From the NCBI GenBank assembly GCA_964199315.1, contig OZ116710.1:11284001-11348000 (forward strand): a stretch of 64,000 nt of DNA, written 5' to 3'. Shown here piece after piece: positions 25,701 through 35,600 of this stretch; within the stretch, counting starts at the first letter, position 1, and every line of letters starts with the position of its first letter. The notes under the pieces were generated by a model. The model searched no databases and was not told the DNA's origin. It saw only the letters and a list, made by a program, of their open reading frames with translations. A program made the position numbers and the translations under genes. This stretch comes from Orbicella franksi (lineage: Eukaryota).

Positions 25701-28700
25701 GCAGAGCAAGGTTTTGAAACGTGAGCATCCGGAGCGTACAACAAACAAACAAACAAATTACAGCTGTACCAACATTTTGGCTGTCGCCGAGTGTAGGCCC
25801 AAGAAAGACGTGGCAGGCTAGTTAGAGCAGCTGAAGAGGAAGGGATATGGACTGTACCTGACTTAAGGTACTTGTGAGCAGCGTCTTTGGTCAGTACTTT
25901 CACAGCCGCTTTCCTTAACGCACTCTGCAATTGTAGGAATACATTCCACCAGTCTTTTACGGCTTGCTGCTTAGCTTCGGAGCTTGGAGGATCAACGTAG
26001 TCTTTAAACTGAGTGCTGATTGGTTGAAGAACATACTCTGGTGGAACGGCATTGTCATCAAGTTTGAACCAAACTTGCAAAAGCTGTTTGTCTTCTTCAT
26101 CATCAACTGCAGCAGACAGGGAGTCAAACTCAGTGGCAGGAATACGGTGAGGGAAAGGACGATAGCCATACTTCTGACTCAGAAATGTCTGCAAAATAAA
26201 TCCCTTTGATATAGACCATAAATCATGAATCTTAACTCTTGGACAGTTTTGCAGAAATTTACCACATAATAATGAAATACATGATTGCAAAATACTAAAA
26301 AGTTTGCTTGTTCTTCTGCCGGATTTTCACCACCATTTGTATAGCAAAATTGATGTAATATATCAAACACGAAAGACCGTGTTTGACCACATTTCCAAAC
26401 ACCGAGAAGAGAGTTGAAAATACGACGCGTAGCGGAGTATTTTTGACGAACTTCGAGGTGTTTGGAAATGTGGTCAAAGACTGCCTTGAGTGTTTCAAAT
26501 ATCTTCTCAATCGAAATTAAAACTAAGAAGAAAACGGAGAATTAAAATCGTAAAAATCTATGCTGATTAAGATCAGATATCCAAGCACCGTCACGGTCAT
26601 GATTTCCTTGTTTAAACTTTATGAATTATTAATGAGTTTGAGAAAATTATGTAGAGCATTTTCTGGCACAATAGTGAATAGATTATGATTGGGTCAGGAT
26701 TGTGTTGTTTTAGTCTAATGAAACGTAATCAGGTTTGGTCATTTTAATGTCTTCCAGTGGGTAATCAGCTGGCTTTGTTTTGTAAACAATTTCTACTTTC
26801 CTGATTTGTCTTGACATTTATTATTTGTTTCTTTACATGTACATGTACAATCGAGGTACAGTAATTCTGCCAAATAATAAGGTTACAAACTTTCATTGAA
26901 GTATAAAGGTAAGAAAACATGCAGTCCATTGTTGATTTTTCTGGCACTAATTAAGATTTTCATGGTCACCAGCAACTCCTGTCAAGAGTCTACAGCCGAC
27001 ACTTCCAAACTGGTAATTTAAATCTGCTCAGAATAATTCTAATTACAGGTATGTTACAAAGTGACAAAATGATAATGTTTGTAACGAACGCCAATAATGC
27101 ATTTTAATAAACATAGAGTAGGAGAGAACCCGGAGTGAACTGTGTTATTTATTTTCAGTACAAATAATTATGTGAATTAATTAGTTTGAACACTTCTCCA
27201 AGACACCTGCAATCACAACAGTTTATAAAGAGGTACAACAGGGAGTTGTCAGACCTGTCAAGTGTGTGCCAATAATAGAATTTCTCAAAATGGGCCTGCC
27301 ATTTATAGTGCTATATTGAACTGCAAAATGCATAAAATAGCTAAGTGTTACACTTGCTTACCACTGCAACCCAATAATTTCTTTAGAAACTACTACCTAT
27401 GTAACTGCCTAACAAAACAGTTGTTACCATAGCCTAACAAAATCCATTCCCATTAGTAATATACTGACTGGGGTGGATACAGAATTCTAGAGAATGGAGT
27501 TTGCGACACGGACTGCTGAAAGTGATTCCCTTGAGAGGTGTCTGGAGGCATCCTCTCCTGGAAAATTATTAAAATTGAGGCCCAAGCTAAAATGAGATTT
27601 CTGGCATTCTGAGACCAAGTCAGCATGCTATAATGTCTCATTATTTTTTTACATTTAGGGGGTTTGACCAAACCTCCCGAACCCCCCTTGATCTGCCCCA
27701 GACTGAATTCTTACCTCACATGTACTGGAGGGATATTCGGGATTTTGACTCTTTTGATTAATGAAACTAGTATATAATTGTCTTGACTTGTTATTTCCAA
27801 ACAAAATTCAACACCTATTAACAACTACACCACATCATCATAATAATCAGGATGACGTAGTGAAAGAGTCAAAATCCCAGGTAGGTAGGTAGGACTTTAC
27901 ATCTCTCAAGTTGAGGAGGGGTGGACCCCACAAAAGGAAAGTCTATTCCCCAAGCTACTCACCACAAAGTTAGGACCAGTGGAAAGCTCTTGGCAGGTGT
28001 GGAGTTCTGTCAGAGAAATTTCACTGATCACGTGATCATCTGTGCATGGATCCCGCACACCCCAGCGCATGTCGACCACTTGGAATTCATAACCTTGTTC
28101 ATGACAGAAGTCTCTCAGTTTTGGGTAAACTCTGCTCATCAGTGCATTGCGCTCAACTCTTGTGTCTGTATGTGAATAAACATTCAACAAATAAATATAA
28201 AAGAGCAAGTCCCAAACATCATAATTTTCTCAACGAAAATGTTCCCCTTCTTGATTAATTACACTCTTTTGAATAAGCACCTCATTGTAACCAGCTGATC
28301 TGGCTTTTCCAAGAATGCCATTCTGTAAGAGAAGATGGTTGCATGGCTTTACTCCATGTCTGTTGCCTACAACATCATATGAAACTGAGGATAGTTTATT
28401 AATAAATCATAGAACGTTTGAAAAGAGAAAACATGAAATTTGAAGTTAAATTTTAAGTTTCAAGGGAATATATGAAAGGCCAAATATTTGAAATGTAGAG
28501 AAAGATATGAAGACATCAGTGATCACTACAGTTATACACACAACTTAAGCAGCTGTGAAATTAAAGCCTGAAAGAAATTCAGGCTTGAACAGGATTTGAG
28601 CTATCAAGCCAACTGGGAGCTGGTCAAATTGTGAGTTTGCAATATATCCATAGATGGTGAAGAATGCACATGAATATATGAAAATCATAATTATATTTTT

Positions 28701-31700
28701 GAATATGTGTTTGAATCCTGTTGAAGCCTTATTTTTTTTCAGGCTTTAATTTCACAGCTGCTTAAGTTGGTATATAACTGTGATGATCATTGATGTCTTC
28801 AAACTTTAAGTTAGTTACCAATGTTGTTTAATAAATCATTTTAAGTTTTTTCAAGATTACTTTCAATAAATTACTTATTAGGAGGCTCAAAAGTCCACTG
28901 TACATAATGTGTTTTAAAGTGTGAGACTTCAAAACAGAAATTTACAGGTTGGTAACTTTTCATCATCTTCATTTTTTATGACTTGAACCTAAACTGCTGG
29001 TTACCTGTAAATGTGGAACTGGTGAATATTCTCACCATCTTGGCTGTATTAGGAATTGCTATGTCCATGTTTCCAGACAAGACCTGTTGATAGAGCTCAT
29101 CATCTACAGCTAGCTGGTTTTCTGTTGATGACCCTGTCGCTCCAACACCGAAGTAATTGCCTGTTACAGTTTCTATGTTAATTCCTTGGTTACCATCTTT
29201 CTCATGTTTACCATGTTTAGCTTCTAGATCTGAAGAGGTCTCTTTGCCATTTACACCATTAGGAAGATGACTGTTTACGGCATCAGCTGTAGCAGGTGCC
29301 TCTTCCAGTGGATAAATGTCAATATCTGGCTCATCATTCTCCGGCACATGATCTATTGGACAAATCTCAATATCAACATCGTTCTCCTTCACTGTGGTCT
29401 CCTTCCCATTTGGAGTATTCTCAGTTGATTTTGAAATTTGATCATCATGTTCAGAGTCCTCCTTGTCCTTTTTACCAAATATCTTTTTACTTAGCTTTGA
29501 GAACCGTTCTTCTCTGTCTGGTTTATTGTTTTTCCTTCCACAAAGTTCATCCAGGGAACTGCTGGACCCAGGAACAGCCTTCTGATGCAGTTCGTGTTCA
29601 GGAGTTTCATATTGTGGCAAAGAAAGTTGAAAATCTTCATTTGATGCTTCTACTTCCTCGGCCGAGGGAGCCCCCTGTTTTTCATGAGAATCTGCTGCTA
29701 TTATTGGCAGAGATATGTTGCTTGCTCCTTTGTCACTGAGTAGAGGTTGAAAAGAAAAAAAAGATCATAAATATTCCACTAATCTTTGGTGACCTTAAAA
29801 ATTCTTGAGGTTGCATGTAGCTCTTCAGTGAACCAATTCTTAGCAGTGAAGCAGTCTTTATGTGTTCTTCGATAATATACAGAGAGACTGCTCCACTCCT
29901 GAGAACTGAAAGAACTAGATGGCTCATCAGAATGACCTGGGTTTAAGACCAGGGGGGACCTGGGGTTTAAGGTTGTTGAAAATACATGTATATTGTCCTG
30001 GATAGGGACAGTAAGGAGCTGAGTGAAACCTGGAGAGAGGAAAATTGCTGTAATTACTAATAAATTATGTGGGAGGGCTCTGTCCAAAAGGGGCACCTTT
30101 TTTCAAGTGGAGGTGTATAAAAGATAAGGGTTTGTCGAGCTGAAGTGTAAAAACGGGTACATGTATGCATATGGTAAACCAAATAGTGAAGATTTGGACC
30201 TCAGGTTGGAGCCTCCCGTTAAAAAAACCTTAGTTTAGTACCTCATCCCCCTTCCCAAGAGTGGAGTAGTTCAACTATATGACACTCAGGGACAACTTTC
30301 ATGCCGGTAGGAATTCATTGCTGTTCACACTTATTGCACAGGATCCTGGCACAGAAAGTCATAGCAGAACAAGTTGTACATGTACAGCGTTACAGTGTGA
30401 GTTCACCCAGTTTACTGCACTGGTTGTAAGGTTTTAACTTGCACCAGTATCATGTACATGTATATGACGACAAAACACTTGTTTCTAAACGATTATTGGA
30501 TGAGGTTTTTGTGATATCCAGAATAATCAAGGTCGAGGTAGGGGTTATCAGCCGAAGCTGAAGGCTGAGGCTGATAGCCCTTACCGAGACCTTGATTATT
30601 CTGGATGCCACAAGAACTGCATCTAATAATTGTTTTGTGAAGGTGAATTAATCAACATGACACAAGTGTGGGACAAAGAAAAATGCTGAGTCCCCGACAG
30701 GAATTGAACCCAAACACTGGGCGGGCGCTCATGTTTTTGCTTCTTCACTGATGGCAAGCAACCCAAAGTGCGCGAACTTGACATGATTACCTGTGACCTT
30801 GAGTGTCCTTGACATGATTATTGTATAATCTGCAGAGATGATGTCACAGGTGGTGATTTCGAAAATTCACTGTACACTTTCGACCAATCAGAAAAGAGAT
30901 ATTGAATTCAATGTGTAATAATGTATGTAATTAGTCTACGGTTAGAGTACTGGTGGACTGGAACGGGCAAAACATGCACAGTTTTTGTCAACCAACACAA
31001 AGGGGGTGAGGGATCTAAAAATTAAAAAAATTTAAAAGAAAGTTAAGTTTCGACGGAGGGGTTCAAGTGAAACGACCTTCTACAAGGAGAGTATGGATAC
31101 ATTCTGCACGGGGACACAGTCATTACTGCAAATTTTTCATTATCAAAATTTCTAGCTTATTTTAAATCTTTAGTCCACTGCATTGCAATTTTTGTTATCA
31201 AAATATGATCATCACCACATTTAAACGATTCTTAATTATTTAGTGCAATATAAATATTCAATCCGTATGTCCCCAATTGTCTTTACATGACTGATACGTA
31301 TATTGTATTAGATCACTCTGTGAGCTTGAACGTTTGAAATCACTAGCCTTTCTTAATTCTTTAAATTTCGCTTTCCTTATACACTGTACACAGCTTAAAA
31401 TAAAAAAATAGCAAAATCAAACACAACGAACTCTCGTTTGACGACGTTTTCAGTAACTGGCTTGGCGATTGATATTACAGCTCTGAGCTGATCTGTTTGG
31501 TAAGCTTATATTGACCTAATTTACATCGTTCCAGATCATCAGAATGCGGTCATCACGAAGAAAACCCTGAACATCCCGCTATCTTGCAGTTTTCGATGGA
31601 TTGCCACTAATGATGTTTTCGATCGAAATTCATGTGAAGTGATTTCACATCACTGTAATAGTCACCCGGGAGTTGCGATCGTGCAGGCTAATTCGAGAAA

Positions 31701-31906
31701 TGAAAATAACGCCATTATTGCTAAAGTACATTAAAGTACCCTTGCTAAAGAGACCAAACATTGATACTCAAACGAAGACGTATTAAAAGCTGTCACTTTA
31801 GAACTTGCGTTTTACCATACCTTATTGTCAGATTTTGCTGTCCTTCTTCAAGATCATCGTTTGAAGAACCACGCACGGCCTTCCCTCTCGACGCACAACA
31901 TCCCAT
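19713..31906 (-). CDS. NACHT and WD40 repeat protein (NWD1/NWD2-like; DUF4062-NACHT-WD40), 7 coding exons, 1857 aa
   Basis: Exons on minus: 31906-31821, 29735-29005, 28165-27963, 26188-25858, 25041-24293, 23592-23386, 22979-19713 (TGA). They sum to 5574 nt with all phases matching. DUF4062-type motif VRIFTSSTFTD|TRVERNALM...YEFQVVDMRWGV, Walker A HGQQGSGKTS, Walker B LVLFLDSLDQL, NWD core (SAAELEDVLSCDDVVL, VRRVPPSLWARI, NYRKLKELPFHL) and many WD40 repeats. Confidence 0.92.
24006..24257. repeat. MITE-like inverted-repeat element
   Basis: TAGGTACGACGGAAGTTTGGTGACAAAGTTTTA versus TAAAACCTGCTCACCAAACTTTCGTCGCACCTTA. Confidence 0.6.
25176..25640. repeat. Repeat element with a terminal long hairpin
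   Basis: GTATGGGAGAATCTTGACC...GGTCAAGATTCTCCCATAC inverted arms at about 25528-25615. Confidence 0.65.
26362..26560. repeat. Dispersed palindromic repeat, same family as 14406-14570
   Basis: Direct sequence identity with the 14.4-kb copy. GTGTTTGACCACATTTCCAAACACC is mirrored by GGTGTTTGGAAATGTGGTCAAA. Confidence 0.8.
28509..28800. repeat. Inverted-repeat element with about 65-bp arms and a tRNA/SINE-like core
   Basis: GAAGACATCAGTGATCACTACAGTTATAC...AACTTAAGCAGCTGTGAAATTAAAGCCTGAAA is mirrored at 28737-28800. Confidence 0.75.
30482..30925. repeat. Hairpin repeat element with an inserted tRNA-derived SINE fragment (about 30636-30730)
   Basis: Perfect 19-bp inverted arms at 30516-30534 and 30588-30606. 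The fragment GAGTCCCCGACAGGAATTGAACCC is the reverse complement of a tRNA T-arm/3' end. Confidence 0.6.
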
Positions 31907-32613
31907 TTGCCTGATTTTCAATCGACACCTCAAGTACAGTGGTGCGTTTTCAGGCTATGTCACACAACAGCAAGCATTTCAACTCAGCTGAGATGACTGT
32001 CAAAACAACAGTTATAAAGGCCCGATACTGTGGACACAATAGGAACCAATATGTCAACTATACTCTGTCCTGTTTGAGTTAGTGGCGTTCACGGATCCCA
32101 AGGAATGTGACATGTAAATCGCCACGAAATCGAAATAAAAGCAGCGTGCGGCAGTCAATCAGATCCAAGGTGTAAAATTAGCATACTTCCGACGGAATCG
32201 AAAGAAATTATTTTAATCTTTCCTTCCAAGATTCAGACGACAACGCATTTTCCTGCTGTTGGCTTGATTTCACACGGGAATTGCTATACTCAGAACAATT
32301 GAAGCGCGAGGCAAGGGTAGTTTTGTAGAATATTATTGATCGACAAGTAGTTTCTCCCTAAAGGGGTAAATTAATATTTGGAAGATCAGTGCTAAGAATT
32401 ACGTTGACAATCAAAAATAGATCAGCGGCTGGTCAGCCTCGATTTCATCCATAACTTTTATATAAAACATGGCGGTTTGGCGCGAACATAAACTTCGTCT
32501 TTGTTCTCATCTCTATTTTGAATCGTTTTGCCATAAATACAAATTCCTGTAGGTGAAATCTTTCAATGGATTATTTGATCATGAAGACCTGGTGCTCAAG
32601 ATTGTAAGGGATA
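31907..32613. promoter_or_regulatory. Bidirectional promoter / 5' UTR region shared by the NWD-like gene and CEP192
   Basis: Two divergent start codons 708 bp apart. Locally CpG-richer than the flanking introns. YY1-like AACATGGCGG at 32466-32475. Candidate non-coding exon donor on minus near 32187 and acceptor on plus at 32551-32552. Confidence 0.55.
32566..32607 (+). other. 13-aa upstream ORF (MDYLIMKTWCSRL*) in the CEP192 5' UTR
   Basis: ATG at 32566, TAA at 32605-32607, ending 6 nt before the main ATG at 32614 and downstream of the acceptor at 32551-32552. Confidence 0.45.
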
Positions 32614-35600
32614 ATGGATTTGAACTTCTCGCAGGATTCTTTTGCGTTCAGCGACATCGCACCCCCTTCTCATGTTAGCGGCCTCGAATCATTCTCAGAT
32701 TTTGACGCAAGTGAGTTTAGCGAAGCTTCTTTCGCTGAAATTGAGGCCAATGAGGGTGTTGAGGGTAACAACGAAACCCGTTTAAACGGGGTAGATGGAA
32801 TTCAAGCCGATGGCTCTTTAGAGAAAGGTAAAGAGTCAAGGTAAGCTGAACGCTTTTGATCACTGAGTGGAAAGCGCCAATAGGAAAATTTGAAGACCGT
32901 TTCTCCTAGCTAACCAAAACAGTGGTTGCAAACAAGCTAATTTTTTATTTTTTTTTAATGAGCTTATTAATATTTTTCACTACAATGTATAAGCGTATAG
33001 TGTTTCAAAATCAGTAGGTCTCAACTCTTCAATTCTGGCTTTTGTAAGGTACACTAGTTAACGGAAGCCGATAAAACATCTGCGTGAGCAAAATGTTCTC
33101 GATATTGTACTCTGCTTATATGTAAACTTATATTGTTCAGCTTATATTGTTCAAAACAAAAATTCAGAATTTTGGAGGCAAATCTTGTCTGACCCTCTGT
33201 TTGTTCCTTTCAATTTGATCATCAAACTTATGGTTAATTAATTAAAAGTTCCATACATAACTTAATTAATTAAGCTTGATAGAAAAAAAAATTGTGGCGA
33301 AATAATAAACCTAAGCTTAAAATGTAGCATAAGCTTGTTTAAACCAAAGACTATCAAGTTAACATTATTTTTACATTTTGTTAGAGTACTAACTCAATGT
33401 TTCTCTTCTTAATGCTTTGAACATTACATTTTGGATCCAATATACAAAATAGAGCAGACCAGGTGGTTTGTGACACTTACTATCCGTGGTTGGGACTAAA
33501 GTGGCTCAAAACAGCTTCCAGCACTTAGAGTTTGATGGGTTGTTATAACCACTCTTTATCGGAAAAGAAGCGCATATCAACAAAAACAATTACGCAATGA
33601 TGCTTTTCATGTCAAAACAAGTCAGTCTGCCAAAAGTTAGCTGGATCCTGCAAAAACTAAAAATCGGCCCATACGCCCTTTTTGCATGAATGCCTTCAAC
33701 TGGAAACCGTTATTTGCATTAATTTCAGTTAGAATTCTACTAAAACAATTAGATTATTCACTCTCGATTTCTATGAGGTGATTCGGCCTTCGGCCTCATC
33801 AACTAGTACCTCATAGAAATCTTGAGCTCATAATCTAATAATTATTGTTAAATAGAAACACTCGTGAAAGTTTGGGAGAACTTGAAAAAGGAGAGGAAAC
33901 ACTTGCCTGTGGCTCGTGTTGCCACAGCGTTTCTCATTCTCCCAAACTTCCACTCGTGTTTCTATAACTTGAAAGAAACACGACGGGTACATGTTTTCTA
34001 TTTCTTAAGTAGTGTGCAATAGCTTAGCCAATCAGATTGCAGCATTTGTATAAGTATATACACATAAGTTCAAGTCTGCTAAAAGTAATACGATAAATAT
34101 AATAGCTAAATGTACACTGGTAAGCAAATGAAGACAATGCTTTCTGCACATCAATCCTTTTTAGTTATTAATACTGTTAAAGAAAAGAGTGACATGTCTA
34201 TAATTGGTTACAATGTAATTGCTTATTTCTTAGGTCATCTTTGGGACTGCAGGGACTAAATTCCAACAACATCAATGAATTCTTTGAGGCCATCCAAAAT
34301 GCAGAGTCACTAGGTTTGTACAATTAAATGTCGACCCTTTCTGTTAATAACAAGGAGCTAATAACAACTGTTTTTGCATGTGCATGTGTACAGTTCTGGG
34401 TACCTTTACCATCAACCATTACATTTCAGTATACAGGCCTGTGTAACATGGTGGTACATGGTTAATGGACCTCTTTTTTTTGTGTTACTAACAGCACTTA
34501 TTGCAGAGCTGTTACCCATACCGCTATATCCCTGGTACATTTAGTTGACAGGTTTATGGGCTCAAAGAAGAACACTATGATCTACATTACTGGCTGCACT
34601 GTTACTGAAAACAGTACTGTACATATACCATAGGACTTTAGTATTTTGCTATTCCAGGGCTTGAAAAAAGTGCAGTCTGGTTGTCTGGGACTAGTAGATT
34701 CTCCTTCTGGGTTAGCAAGTCGTCTGTCAACTGAATCATTGAAGGAGCAAACTAAAACTTGCCAGGGCAAGCAATATTTGAGACAGTCTTGTCCTAGGGG
34801 AAAGCTGGAATTCAAGTTTTTGCAAGCCTTGTATTCTGTTACTTCTACCTCTTAGTTCCCTATTCAGAGTTTTCCTTGCTAAATCCAGTTCATGTAATGA
34901 ATGTATGATTTATACAGTCATGTATAATTGGACCGATTTCATGAGTTAATTTAGTTCTCCTTTTTCAGGAATTGTGGCATCCAGTGAGAGTGGCAGAAGC
35001 TTAGTTGGTGATGATAGCTCACTTGGCATTTTACAGTTAGATGGATTACCAGGTAAAAAAAAAACCTGTACTTGTAATGAGAAAAACTAAAAGTTAAATG
35101 TCATTTTCAGAGGTATTCTTTGTTAAAAGTGAAATATAATTTTTTTTTCGTAAAACAAAGCTGTTGAAAAGTCAGGGCAACTGTTTACATCAACTAAACT
35201 AAAATATTCATTAATGACAGTGTTAAGTTTGTTCAGGGTGTGGACCTAACTTTACAATCAAGTGATGAGTTACTGTTTGCCAAACAATTGCTTATTGTAG
35301 ATTAACTACATACCAAAATTTATCTAATCTGTCCAGTCAAAATAGAAATTTGAAAGGACACATGTCCCTCTAAGTAAGAACAATTATTTCCAGAGGTTGT
35401 CAACAAGGTTTACTTGTTATATGGAAGTGCATGCCAGAATATATATGGGTTATTAACCAATCATGAGGGCACGATGGCAGGATGTTGGCCAAGTTCTCTT
35501 TTTGCGTGTTTATGGATTGAGATGGAGTCTTGGTCCATAAACTCGCAAAAAAAAAAGAATGAGGCCAATATTCAGCCACCTTGACCGAACAAGCTTGGTC

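Noticed and set aside
29779-30096. ORFs 29779-30096 and 29733-29927 as the NWD N-terminus
   Set aside because: The 105-aa frame ends in phase 0 and would hit TGA at the 29735 acceptor. The 64-aa frame is possible as an alternative start but needs a weak donor and a 58-nt intron. The MGCCAS exon has a strong donor and the correct phase.
30682-30730. tRNA gene
   Set aside because: Only a T-arm/3' fragment with an internal deletion, embedded in a repeat. No complete cloverleaf, so it is a SINE remnant.
34646-34855. 69-aa ORF as a CEP192 exon
   Set aside because: Wrong phase for the flanking exons, and similar to intronic sequence at about 36975-37100 (GGACTAGT.GATT.TCCTTC, TCTGTCAACT, AACTAA.ACTTGCC), so it is a repeat.
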